Shown here: positions 38,685-50,600 of the stretch, piece by piece
Position numbering within the stretch: the stretch's first letter is position 1
Layout of the letters: every line of letters begins with the position of its first letter
From: Ascidiella aspersa
Lineage: Eukaryota
Direction: 5' to 3'
DNA: 64,000 bases
Assembly (NCBI GenBank): GCA_963924565.1
Contig: OZ004613.1
Coordinates: 30,318,001 to 30,382,000 of the forward strand
The notes under the pieces: generated by a model
Database searches by the model: none
Told to the model about the DNA's origin: nothing
What the model saw: the letters and a program-made list of their open reading frames with translations, nothing else
Position numbers and translations under genes: made by a program

Positions 38685-41600
38685 ATGGGCGAAGTTTATC
38701 CAGAGCTTACCAGAGCAGGCTTAACTCAAAACTATCTGCACACAAACTCGTAAGTACTAGCTTAAAGCTATTTTCAAATTTAATAGTAATAAAAACTCAT
38801 TTTATTTAAAATTCATGAGCCAGTTAACAAATCAGCTGACTAGAAGAAACGGTATTTTACATGTCCATTATAACCAATGGTTTACCAATTCCTAACATGA
38901 GAAGTTAATGCATGTTTTAGTATTCCTCCTACAACATTTTAGAAGGCCTGTTATAGTCAGTTTGGAAAGTATGATAGATTGACAAGATTTCATGGGCCAT
39001 TGTGAAGAGTATGGCAAGCGAATTTTTTAAACCTTCTAAAAGTGCACCCTGCATCATGTATGTAATAACAGTGCATCAGAAAATCCGGAAAATTTGAAAG
39101 TGCATCCGAGGGGCACTTTTTTACTTTTTTTTTTACCTTTGTTGCACCCGGTCACCCGGATTTTTTAGACTGTGCACCCGCGAGATCTCGTCGGGTAACA
39201 CTAATTTACGGAATGATGAATGGTCGGAATGCTCAAAAGTATTATTATTAAATATAATAACACTTGACCCACCTTCACCCAAACGCTAACCCCCACCCTA
39301 ACTCAAATATTGTGCGTTGGTTTAATAATTGTTTTAACGGGGTAACACTTAAATTAGTAAGCGTTCCGACCATTCCGACCATTCATCATTCCGTAAATTA
39401 GTATTACCCGATCTCGTCGAGATCTGCCATACTTTCCAGACTGGCTCGTAGGTGCATGACAAAACCAGATATATATGGGTTAATAGTGAGCCCTGCTTAA
39501 TTAGGGTAACATGGGAGAATCATGTTAATGTTTTTGAAGTTCAGGTTTAATCTGCTTAAAAACTTGCCATACTTTCCAAAGTGGCTGACTCTGACTGGTT
39601 AATGCCAGCAATTTTTGTTTTTGTATTTTTTATAATCACTAAATCATGTTATTTTATAAGTACAAAATTTAAACGAATTAAGAGCGGACTGCCTTTTAAG
39701 AAGTTACAAAAATTGCGCTTAAGGAATCTAAAAAAAGCGCTCTTACGCCAATGTTAAAGAGAGTTTAAAATATGGAAAAACATGCATTTTTAATTTTTTG
39801 TTACATTATGGTCTGCGAAAAAAAACACATGTGATTACACTTAGCTGCAGCTTTTTTGTGTCTTAAATAAAATGCACACAAATATTCTGAACAAAAGTTA
39901 ATTCTTTAACTAAATGAAAGATAAATATAATTGAAAAACGTATATACTAATAAGTCGGTTATAAACTGGAGGATTAGCAGTTTAATGCTTTTTATAAATT
40001 TCTGGTAAAATCACACACGGTTATGTCAATTTGAGTATTTGAGTAATGTCGTTTGGCAGTATTTTTTTTTGCGTTTGTGTTTTATTTGCTGTGTACGCCA
40101 TCCACATATGATATATTTGAGGCACGGTAGTTAACTGGTTTTATAAGTAAAATACGATTGAAAATAAGCTGAATGTGATTGATGTCTGACATAATGTACT
40201 TATTTTGCTAAAGCAGGCCACAAGTATATTTAAAACCGACCAATGACCATTGCTTCTAAACTTCATAACTCAAAAAACAAAAATCAATTAAATATAGGTT
40301 TAAAAGCACAGTAATCTGATTTATCTCTTAGGCCTAGAAATATCAAGCCAAAACAGCAAGTAACAAAATTAACTTAAATATTTGCGGATTTCGCCCACTC
40401 ATATTACTCAGCGTGACACGCCAAAATTAAATTCAATATTCACAAAAAAATTAAACAATAGAAAATACCTAGATTTGTTTGATTCCATATTTTCGCGTTT
40501 TGTTCACCAAAATAAATGGTTATCAAACAACTGGGAAAACATATACATTTAAGTTGTTTTTAATTACTTTAATTAAGAGTTGATTAAGAAACCATTCAAG
40601 CAGAGTGTTATGCAAGCAATACAATGCTGATGAAAATTGCATACAACCTTACATTACACTTAAACTGTTGACTCTCTATCAAAATGATATTACCATGTGT
40701 ACCTCTGAGCGGAACTAACCGAAAAATGAAACTTTGTATAAATTCAGAACTTACTCTTGGGTCTCAGTGAAGCCTACCCCTTAAAAGGCCCTTTATTTTA
40801 GAGTTTATTTAAAAACCTTAATTTGAACTCAATTTCATTCCTCAGAACCACTCATGAGTTTTTGTTCGGAGCATTAGCTGAGTTGCTTGATAATGCTCGA
40901 GACGCAGCCGCCACAAAGATTGACGTCTCATCCGTTGAGTGCCCCAATGTACGTGGAGGCTTCGTTCTGAGTTTTCTCGATGATGGCGAAGGTAATTTCT
41001 TATTTGCCTAATTTTTTATAAAAAGACTTTTTAAATTAGCAGTTAAATTTACAAAACAGCCTTTACTTGCTCAAGTTTGGGAAACCCTAGATTTTTGGTG
41101 CATTTTATCGCTAGCTAAGTCTTTTTTTAATAATTTCCCAATATTTTTATTTACCAGTAAGATTTGCATAAAAACACAAACTCGGTATTAATACTTTGGA
41201 ATACAATTATATACACTTTCTGATTTTCACATCACAAGACTGTTTATGACAAAACTCGTGCTTCCTAAATTTATTACTTGGCTGTTTGCAACTAATTTAA
41301 TGTTTAATAATTGTTTAGGAATGGACCATGCGGACGTTGCAAATATTGTTCAATTTGGAAAATCATTTAAGCGCAATGCCAGTGATCACATGATTGGACA
41401 GTATGGAAATGGACTAAAATCGTAAGGATTGCTTGCCAATAATTGCTTGTTTATTGCAATTAGGAAATACTGTACCAAGAGTTTCCCTTTTAATAAAAAA
41501 AAGCCAGTTTTGTTTCATAATTTTTTATTTAAAAATATGTTTTTTTAATTTTCCTCACATTTCAATACTTTTTGTTATACCAAATATATATCTATTGAAA

Positions 41601-44600
41601 AATCAGTCGTTATGATAATGATTAAACAGGTTTTACTTAAGTGAGTTAATTGTCTCAAAAAAACATTCCTTCTGGGCAATTAAAGCAGTCAATTTTTACT
41701 ATTATTATCACTTATTTGCTGTATAATAAATCAAGGGAACATTGTGGTAGAGAGCTACATGCATTATAAACCTTAAGCTTACTAAGAGGCATACAATAGC
41801 AAAATTACCAGGATGTCAAGCTTTATCCCCACTATGTTGGCATTCAAAATGACAGTGTCTTGTTACAATGGTCACCACAATGTCAATTGTTTGTTCACAG
41901 AGGCTTAATGCACAGACAAGAGCATGCCATGAGAACTATATAAATTATAACTAGGGCGATTATTTCTTGTCAAAAAAAGTCAAAATTTTGTCAAAATATA
42001 CATGCTAGGTAAAAATTTGTTAAAATTATTTCAAGTCAAAATTGATTAAAAATGCACATAAATCGTTTACAAAATTAGAAAAATATTACATCAATATTTT
42101 TCCCACGCTGTGTTAACATTAAATGTCACAATGGTCACAACAATGTCAATTGTTTATTCACAGAGGCTCGATGCGAATAGGAAACGACTTCATCCTTTTT
42201 ACGAAGAAGGGCCACGAACTTTGCTGCTTGATGTTGTCTCGAACGTTCCACGACCAGGAAAGTATCGACAGTATTATTGTCCCGATGCCGATCTGGGACA
42301 CTGATACACGACGACCAGTCTATCAAGCTGGAGGAAAAGAAAGGGTATGTACTTGTGGGGCATTTTCTACAAAGTTTTGCACTCATATGTGGGATTTTAA
42401 AAATTGTGGGATTATTTTTGTAAGCTTTTGAATATTTTATTAAAAAAAAGTTTCTTTAAACAAAGACATTCTAGTTATGTGCTAGTACATAGTTTTTATA
42501 AAACATTAAATGCAGATATTTGTGACATAGTCAGAAATAGTGGTATTATTTTAGGAAACTATATAATGATCAAAAAAAGTTACTTATAAATACGCTTGAA
42601 AAGAAAATACATTAAAAAAAACTTACTGTAAATACACTATTTCTTGTAATTTTAAATATGTATTATAATATATTTGATACTATACATTGCCTTGACTATT
42701 CTTTCCATGATGCATAATAAAGGTTTAAAAAAATGTTAATTTTTTTTCACCTTTAGTTTGACACTGAGATGAAGCTTATTTTAAAATACTCGCCATTTAA
42801 ATCAGAGTGGGACATAATGCGACAATTTGACAAGATAAAGGACAGAACAGGTATGACAGTTTAAATAAATGTTCAATATTTAACTGTTGAAAATAAATCC
42901 TATTTTAATTGAAAAAGCAAAATGTCTATTTAAATTTTTATTATTTGAAAAAAACATTTTTTAAATGTTTCTATATCAAAGCCCATACAGAAGTAGGTAT
43001 CATTTTGGACGTTTCGAATAACTCTTTATTCATTTTCAACATCATTTTCAACATGATGTTGAAAATGAATAAAGAGTTATTCGAAACGTCCAAAATGATA
43101 CCTACTTCTGTATGGGCTTTGATATTCTTATTACGTCTTACTACAACCTCCAACCATTATGCTTAAATGTTTCTATTGTGAAAAAACAGCTTACGTTTTA
43201 GGACTGGTTTTTATGTAAACTTTTTCTTCAAATATGATGTGATTGTTTTGTTCCTTGTCATTTTTCAAGGGGCTGTCACTCTATCAATTCTAGCAACATT
43301 ACCTTGTAAAAAGAAAACAATGGAATTTAACTTTTTATTTCCAGGCACCTTAATCATCATCTACAACCTTAAGCTTCTTGACTCGGGTGAACCGGAACTT
43401 GACATCAAAACCGACCCCACGGACATTATGATGTCAGAAATGGACCCGGATGACGACAGGTTTGTCTTAACTTGTGCTTTTAACCACTCTTGAGCAAGAT
43501 TACATTTCAGTCCCTTTTTGCCAAAGATCTATGCAATCACTCAATGAATGTTTTTTCCAAATAAATTTATTTATGTTTGCTCTATGTAAATTAGTTTTTG
43601 TTGTTTTAACAAAAAAAAAAAGAGTTTTGTTTTAATTTGTGCTCAGAAATCATTTTGAAATAAATGTTTTACAAAGGAACCTATTGTAAAAGTTTCTCTT
43701 CAAGCTTAAATTAAAAAAAGTATGATGCTCAAGTCTATTTCAGTATTTTAGGTAATATTTAAGATCTGGGTAAAAAGTGGCTTCACATCATTCTGACCCC
43801 ATTACTTAATATTGTTTCAAATGTAAATCAGTGTGTTGAAAATTGTAGACATTTGCATATCATTAGAATATCTTGTATTAGAATTATATTTGATTAATTT
43901 GGGCAATATTTGTAGAATTTATATACAATGCTTTGCACAAAATGCGCAATATTAACTTAACTTTTGTGTTTATTGCAGCAATTGGCCTGAGCGTGTTTCG
44001 TTCAAAGCTTACGCGTCGATTTTGTACTTGGACCCTCGTATGAAGGTTTATGTTCAGGGGAGAAAAATTAGAACCAAGAGACTTTCTTGCACACTTCATA
44101 AAACAAGGTTAGTTCACTCATGTTTTATTACAGGGGGTGAAATTCGATGTAGGGTTTAATTCCAACTTTTGTGTATTTCAAGTTTATCAAATTAGTTAAC
44201 TAATCACACGTATGCCTTATTTTAGAGAACCAAATGGTAAATAACTGCTTTTGAGCAATTTTGAAAATTAAGCGAAGTTATTTACATTCAGTTCAAAATT
44301 AACAGAAAATGTTCATATTTAATTCTTTGCCTATATTTTCTTTGCAATGTGGTTTCTGATTTGTTCAGCCCACACTTACTATACTATACAAATTAGTATT
44401 TAAACAGAGATCTAGGGTTTATATAGATTTCTATATAGATTAGTATAGTTTTTGAATGTTTGCATTGTTTTGTATATCTTGTCATGTATATTTACCATGT
44501 TTATTTTATTGTTCGTTGCAGAATGTACAAATTCTCATCTTCGAGGTTTAAGAAACGCTCTGAAGAAGAAGTAGCAAAAGCTGACCAAGAATACAGGATA

Positions 44601-47600
44601 GGTGGGTTGTTAAAACAATTATACTGACAATTATTGCCTAAAGATTGGTTCCTAAGTTTTATTTAGATAAGGGCACCAAACTTTTCAGTCTGCGACCCCT
44701 TTTACTTTTATTAAATTTTTCGAGAAGTTTAATAGTTTAAAACAGGGATGCCCAACCTTTTAGCAGAGTGGGCCGTATTGCCACTTTAAAAATTTCAATG
44801 GGCCGCCAAACCTCTCAAATTAAAGGGGTGACGTCATAAGTTATGTCATATCGTGACATCATAAAACAACTTAACTTATAAACATGCAACTTAACTATCA
44901 TAATGCTCTTGGAGAGTGAACTTTTATGCGCGAATATGCAAGTAATCTCGACCTTATTTATTAGTTTTATTATGGCGAAGGGCGAAAATTTGAGTTTTTT
45001 CATTTTTGGGCTGATACATTTCCTTAAAACGGTCCTGATAAAAACACACATTTAGAAAAACACCCATCTTGCTTAGCAATGATGGGTGCACAAAGTTTTT
45101 GATGGATGTTGAAATGCAACATTAGACTCGATTATAGTCTCAAAAAAATATAAGATTATGCTTTTATCAAATACTGCGCGTTTTACACGTTTTGATGATA
45201 GTCGAAACAATTGTTTTTAATAAAGGCTACTGAAAGTGACAATAAGTGGTGGGCCGCACGTAAGTATCAGGCGGGCCGCAGGCATCCCTGGTTTAAAACA
45301 TAACATTTCTTGTTTTCTGCTTTTGGTGTTTGTTATGTGTTTTCTATATATTTTGTTTTGTATTCAATTGTATAGATTTAACACTTTGTATAAAAAATTA
45401 ATACAGACCCACTCGCAACCCCCAGTTTGGGTTGGGAAGCCCATAAATATTCATAATAAATGTCATACTTTCTATTGTTTGCCAACGAGACATATTATCG
45501 TAGTACATGCAGTTAAACTTACTCTGCTGCATTTTAAGTAAGGTATTAATATGGCATTATAAAAATAAGTTAGTGTGGTTTCTCAAAAAAATAATAAAAC
45601 TTTAATGTTGTTAAAAACTTTAAAATTCTGATTTTTTATATTTATATTAATCTTGTAAAATAACTTACACTTAAGATATCCAACAGGTTGTTGAAAATGC
45701 ATAAAGAATGATTCAAAGCTTGATATTCAAATTTGATAATTTATATTAACATGAAAAACATCAATATTCCGATTTACCCAGTTTAAATACTGTTGTAAAG
45801 CAACATTAAAATCTTGACCAATCAACATTTATATTAATATATAGACTGCTGCTACCAGGCATAAAATTAATCAAAAACAGCTTCTCTGGTAATTGTAATT
45901 GTTAAAACGTTTCGGCAACCTATTCAAGTCGCCTTCCTTTCTATGAAAGTTTCATTTTTGCCCCTCTTTTTTTTCATTCATTGTACTACGAGCGTTTAAT
46001 GTCATTCACTCTTAAGAAGGCGACTTGAATGGGTTACGGAAATGTTGGTTAACAATTACAATTACCAGAACAACTGTTTTTGATTAGTTACATAAACGCT
46101 ATAAAAAGCATCAATGTTCTAATTTATCCAGGTTAAATAGTGATTCAGCTTTAGATTAACAAATCAACTTTATATTGGAGCATTCTAATTGGAGGTTGTA
46201 ATTATACATAGGTAGCATTTTGTGAACATTTCAAATAAATTGTTATATGGCTGGAGGTTGTAGTAAGATTTAGTAAGTTTATCAAAGCTCATACAAAATA
46301 GGTGGCATTTTGAAAATAAATAAAGATTTATTTAAAATGTTCAAAATGCTACTTACTTCTGTATGGCCTTTCATATCCTTCGTTTATATTGATGTTGGTG
46401 AAAGCTCTGAAACTTGCGATTTACTTCATTCAGCGGAGAACAAAGCTCGTGAAACTGAGAGCGTGAGTCGCGACCTCGAGCGAAAGTTGAGCATGAAAGC
46501 GAAACCACGAAAGGAAGAACTTGTTCAGCTTCGTGTCGCTCAAGATAAAGCTGTCGGGATGAGAAAAATGTGCGAAGCAAAGATTGACGCAGCTAACTTT
46601 AAGAGGAAGTAAGTGGAAATTTGATATGCAATTGTTTTCACGAATAATAAATTAACTAAATTTTAACTTTCGGTATGTCTGAGGTTGTATTAAGTAATAT
46701 AATCCAAGAACATGATTAATCACCACATTGTAAATTGCTGTTAAATGTAATAACCCTACTTACCAGCAGTTTGTTTTTTTGATTAAGCAAAGTTATCCAT
46801 GGTTGCCTGCCCTTACGAAAGTACTTAATTGTTTTTGCATTTTTAGGATTAACTTTATGCTATGAATAATGGAAGCCTAGGCCTATTCATGTCAAGCCAG
46901 TGTATATTTGCTTGTGCGTTCTCCAAAAGTAAGCAAGCTAACTGTCTTTTTTAACGTTTACAAAAGAGCGCTTAAAGACAAGAAGTCGTTGGACTTTGTG
47001 TTTGGGTTCAACGTTGAGAATCGCAAGTACTACGGGATGTTCATCTACAATTGCAGTCGTCTGATCCGAATGTACGAGCGTGTGGGACCTCAACTCCATG
47101 GTGGAATGTAAGTGCATAAAAAAACTTATGATATAAATTCATGGCCATAAGTCTACTAGAAGAAGCGGTTTACAAACACCTTTTAACAAATTGCTTGTGC
47201 ATATATGATGTATCCAATAAAACAGAGGTGAAAGAATATAGCTTCAAAACAGCTAAATCTTATGTAATTAAAGGCATTATTAAGAAATTGTTTCCATTGA
47301 AACTGATGACAGCTGTTTATATAGTAAAATAAAATAAAATAAAAAAATTTAAAGGCAATATTGTTACAGCAGTAATTTTAATTTTACTTCACCACCAGGA
47401 ACTGCCGAGGCATTGTTGGTGTGGTGAACGTCCCTTACCTTGTGCTTGAACCAACGCACAACAAGCAACACTTTGCAGACAACAAGGAATACAGGCATCT
47501 CCTCAAAGCTATGGGTGAGGAACTGCCCACTAAATAGTAAAATACAAGCATACTAGATAAATTAAACGCCTTGTAATAAATTTAAAACCTGAAAAGTATA

Positions 47601-50600
47601 TTGCTGCAAATACGTAGTTTCGAGTAAATTCTTAGGTGTTCTAAAAAAAAGTTTTACAAAAACTTATCGAAAAGAGTTAAGTTAATTGTTGATAGAAAAA
47701 GTTAAATGGCAGCAGTAATATTAAGTAAGAGTAACGCTTAGACTTTTGCTTTTTGTTGCAAAGTACTGTTTTTTGTTTTTCTGGTCATTCTATATTCTCA
47801 AATGTTAAAAAAATTAAAATATCTATTTATGAACATAACCTTTTTACATTTTATACGACTATTTATTCATAATTTAAAGTCACTCTTTTTGTACATTTTT
47901 CCAGGCGACCACTTGCAGTGTTTCTGGCGTGACTCGAAAGTAGCCGCTCACCCCAAGGGTGTTATTGGGTTCTGGGAGGGGTTTGGGTACTTAAGCGATG
48001 CTTGGGGCGACCCCCCTTCCGAGGAATACAAGTACGTAAGGCAACGAGCAATGAAGGTTCCCAAGGTCGTTCAATGTGGTGAGTGGCAGGGCTGGTAAAA
48101 TAAAAATAAAATAAATTAAAAATTATAACTTTTTACATGGCTTATTTTGAAAATAATTGTAAATTGATTAAAGATAATTTTAGTTCAAATTTATTTTTAT
48201 TTTTACTTTTTGCAATTTCACTAATTCTAATTCTGGTCCAATTTGAAAGAGCTGAAAAAAATGTTATTGTTCAATTAAAACAAAAACAAAAACAGCAGTC
48301 TCTGATTTTCGAACCTAATTTCCATTCTAAACAAGTTTTCAAGCTCAGTAAAAACGTGTTTTTTTTAATGGCTGATTTAAAACAACAACATATTGCTCAA
48401 AAATTTTAACCAACAAAGGGGGTTTTCGGACACCCCTAAGATGAAAGTATAAACCTTATATTTTCAGTAAAAATGCATGCAAAAGTATGTTTTATACTAT
48501 TTTTGGGGATTAAATTGCATTTGGGTGAGGTTTAAACACCTTGAATTGCATTTCATTTTTAAAGCGAAAAATTGTCGACATTCGTAACAGTTTTTCTTGC
48601 CTATATCAAAAATATTTTTCTCTTTTTGATTTAGCTTTATTTCTATACAAAAATTGAAATAAACACAACATTAATTGGTTTCTTGGGTTATTTGCATAAA
48701 AAATCCATTACTCACTGTGTTTTTTCAGATGCTTGCCTCAAATGGAGGACGATCCCGTTCCAGTCGGACATGGTTGGCAAGGAGATCCCCGGGAACTGGA
48801 TCTGCTCGATGAACCCGGATCGATCGCGAGCGCGATGTTTGTGTCCGGAGGCATTCCCGCAGATCCAGAGCGGAGAGTTCCAGAAAGAAGTGAAAAGCTC
48901 TGAGCAAAAGAAGAACGAGCTCGAAGATAAAATGGAGAAAATGCAGAAGGAACTCGAGAAAGTATCGGTGAGAAAAAAAATGGGAATTTTAAAGATAAAA
49001 TTTAAAAATATATATATATATATACAACATATTATGTTGTATTGTATCATCTTCAGTTAATGTTTTTAAGTTAGTAGCGTTATAAGAATCATTAACTGAA
49101 GACGATACAAGCTCGTATCGAAACGTCTTAATTGTTGATTTACGCGACCTTTTTGACTTTACAATTCTTTCTTCTTATTGTTGTAATGTACAGACCAGGC
49201 AGTTACAAACATGTTACAGCAAATACATTTAGCTCATGAACTATATTTTGCCATTCTTTTGTAAAGAGTTTTAAGTAGTGACGAGCTGCCGAAAATATAT
49301 AATAACACATTGAAAGCAAAGTTATTTGTTTAGTATCCCTAAAACAACTTTTGCCCGATGAAACATGTGAAAGTTGGAATGCATTACATAAGCACAACTC
49401 TCAAACTCTATAAGAGGGTTTATTTCTATGAAATCCGAAACCATTGGCAGCAGGTTTCTGCTTGTCGATCACTCTTCCGCTGACGCGTATTATTAACAGT
49501 AAAACTCAAAGTTTAAAAACCGAATAAAACCAGGATCAGACATTTTTTAATCATCTGACAGCCTGTATTGTTTTTTTAAACGTTTTGCCTAATCTTTAAA
49601 CGTTTTGCCTAATCTTTAAACGTTTTGCCTAATCTTTACTGCTCTCACATGTTTTTTTTTACTTTTTTAGTATTTTATTATTACGTTGTCACGTATATGT
49701 ATTTTACTTTACTTTTTTTCAGAGAGTTTGAACTGTGACGAGCAGCCGTGATGCGAACCGCAATTTATAATAACACAATAAGAGCAAAGTTAGCATTTAT
49801 TTAATACCTCTAAAAACAACCTTTACCCAACAAAACATGTAAAAGTCGAACTTTTAATTTATTGTTTCAGAGAGTTCAAACAGTGTCGAGCAGTCGTGAT
49901 GCGATCCGCAAGCTCTCCACTCCCACCTCCTCCTCAGGAGCAAGGAGGAGGCGCGTCTTCTCCGGCTCCTCCAGCAACGAGGACTTCTCGGACCCAGAGA
50001 TGCCAACGTCTTCATCTTCCAAACCACAGCAAGTCACTCAGGACTCCCGGATGAGCTCGACCAGCGTCGGATTCAAGGTTATATATTTTCTTTTAATTAG
50101 GTACATTGTGTACGGATCTGTAATGTATAGATTGAAAATAAATGTCAAAAGCCAAGAAGGCCGAGAAAATCGACCTCATCTTGATAGAGACTTTTTAAAC
50201 GCACTTCTTTTATCATCAGTTAATGGGAATATTATACGGTAATGGATATCAATATACTTAGGTACACTATGCAAAGATTTGGAATTCAGCGTAATAATGA
50301 ATTTTAAAGCCAAAAAGGTTGAGTAAATCGACGTCATTTTGAATAAGGCGTTTCGATACGAACTTGTATCATCATCAGCTAATGTTTTTTATTAATTAAA
50401 TTTTGATTTGTTTCATCGCGTTTTGCTAATGAGGCGTGTTTGCTTGATAGCTCATTTAAAAAAGCGATACTCGCATTTTCCCGAGCCGTAAGTTCGAATA
50501 TCACCAAAGAAGAAATGTATATGTCTTGCTGTCGTATTTGTCGTGTCAAGCCTTTCTTGTTTTTAATTTGCAGAAACGCTTTAAATATCATTATTGTTAT

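Noticed and set aside
42909-43166. Mirror-image ORFs on both strands
   Set aside because: Produced by the perfect palindrome; no coding signature.
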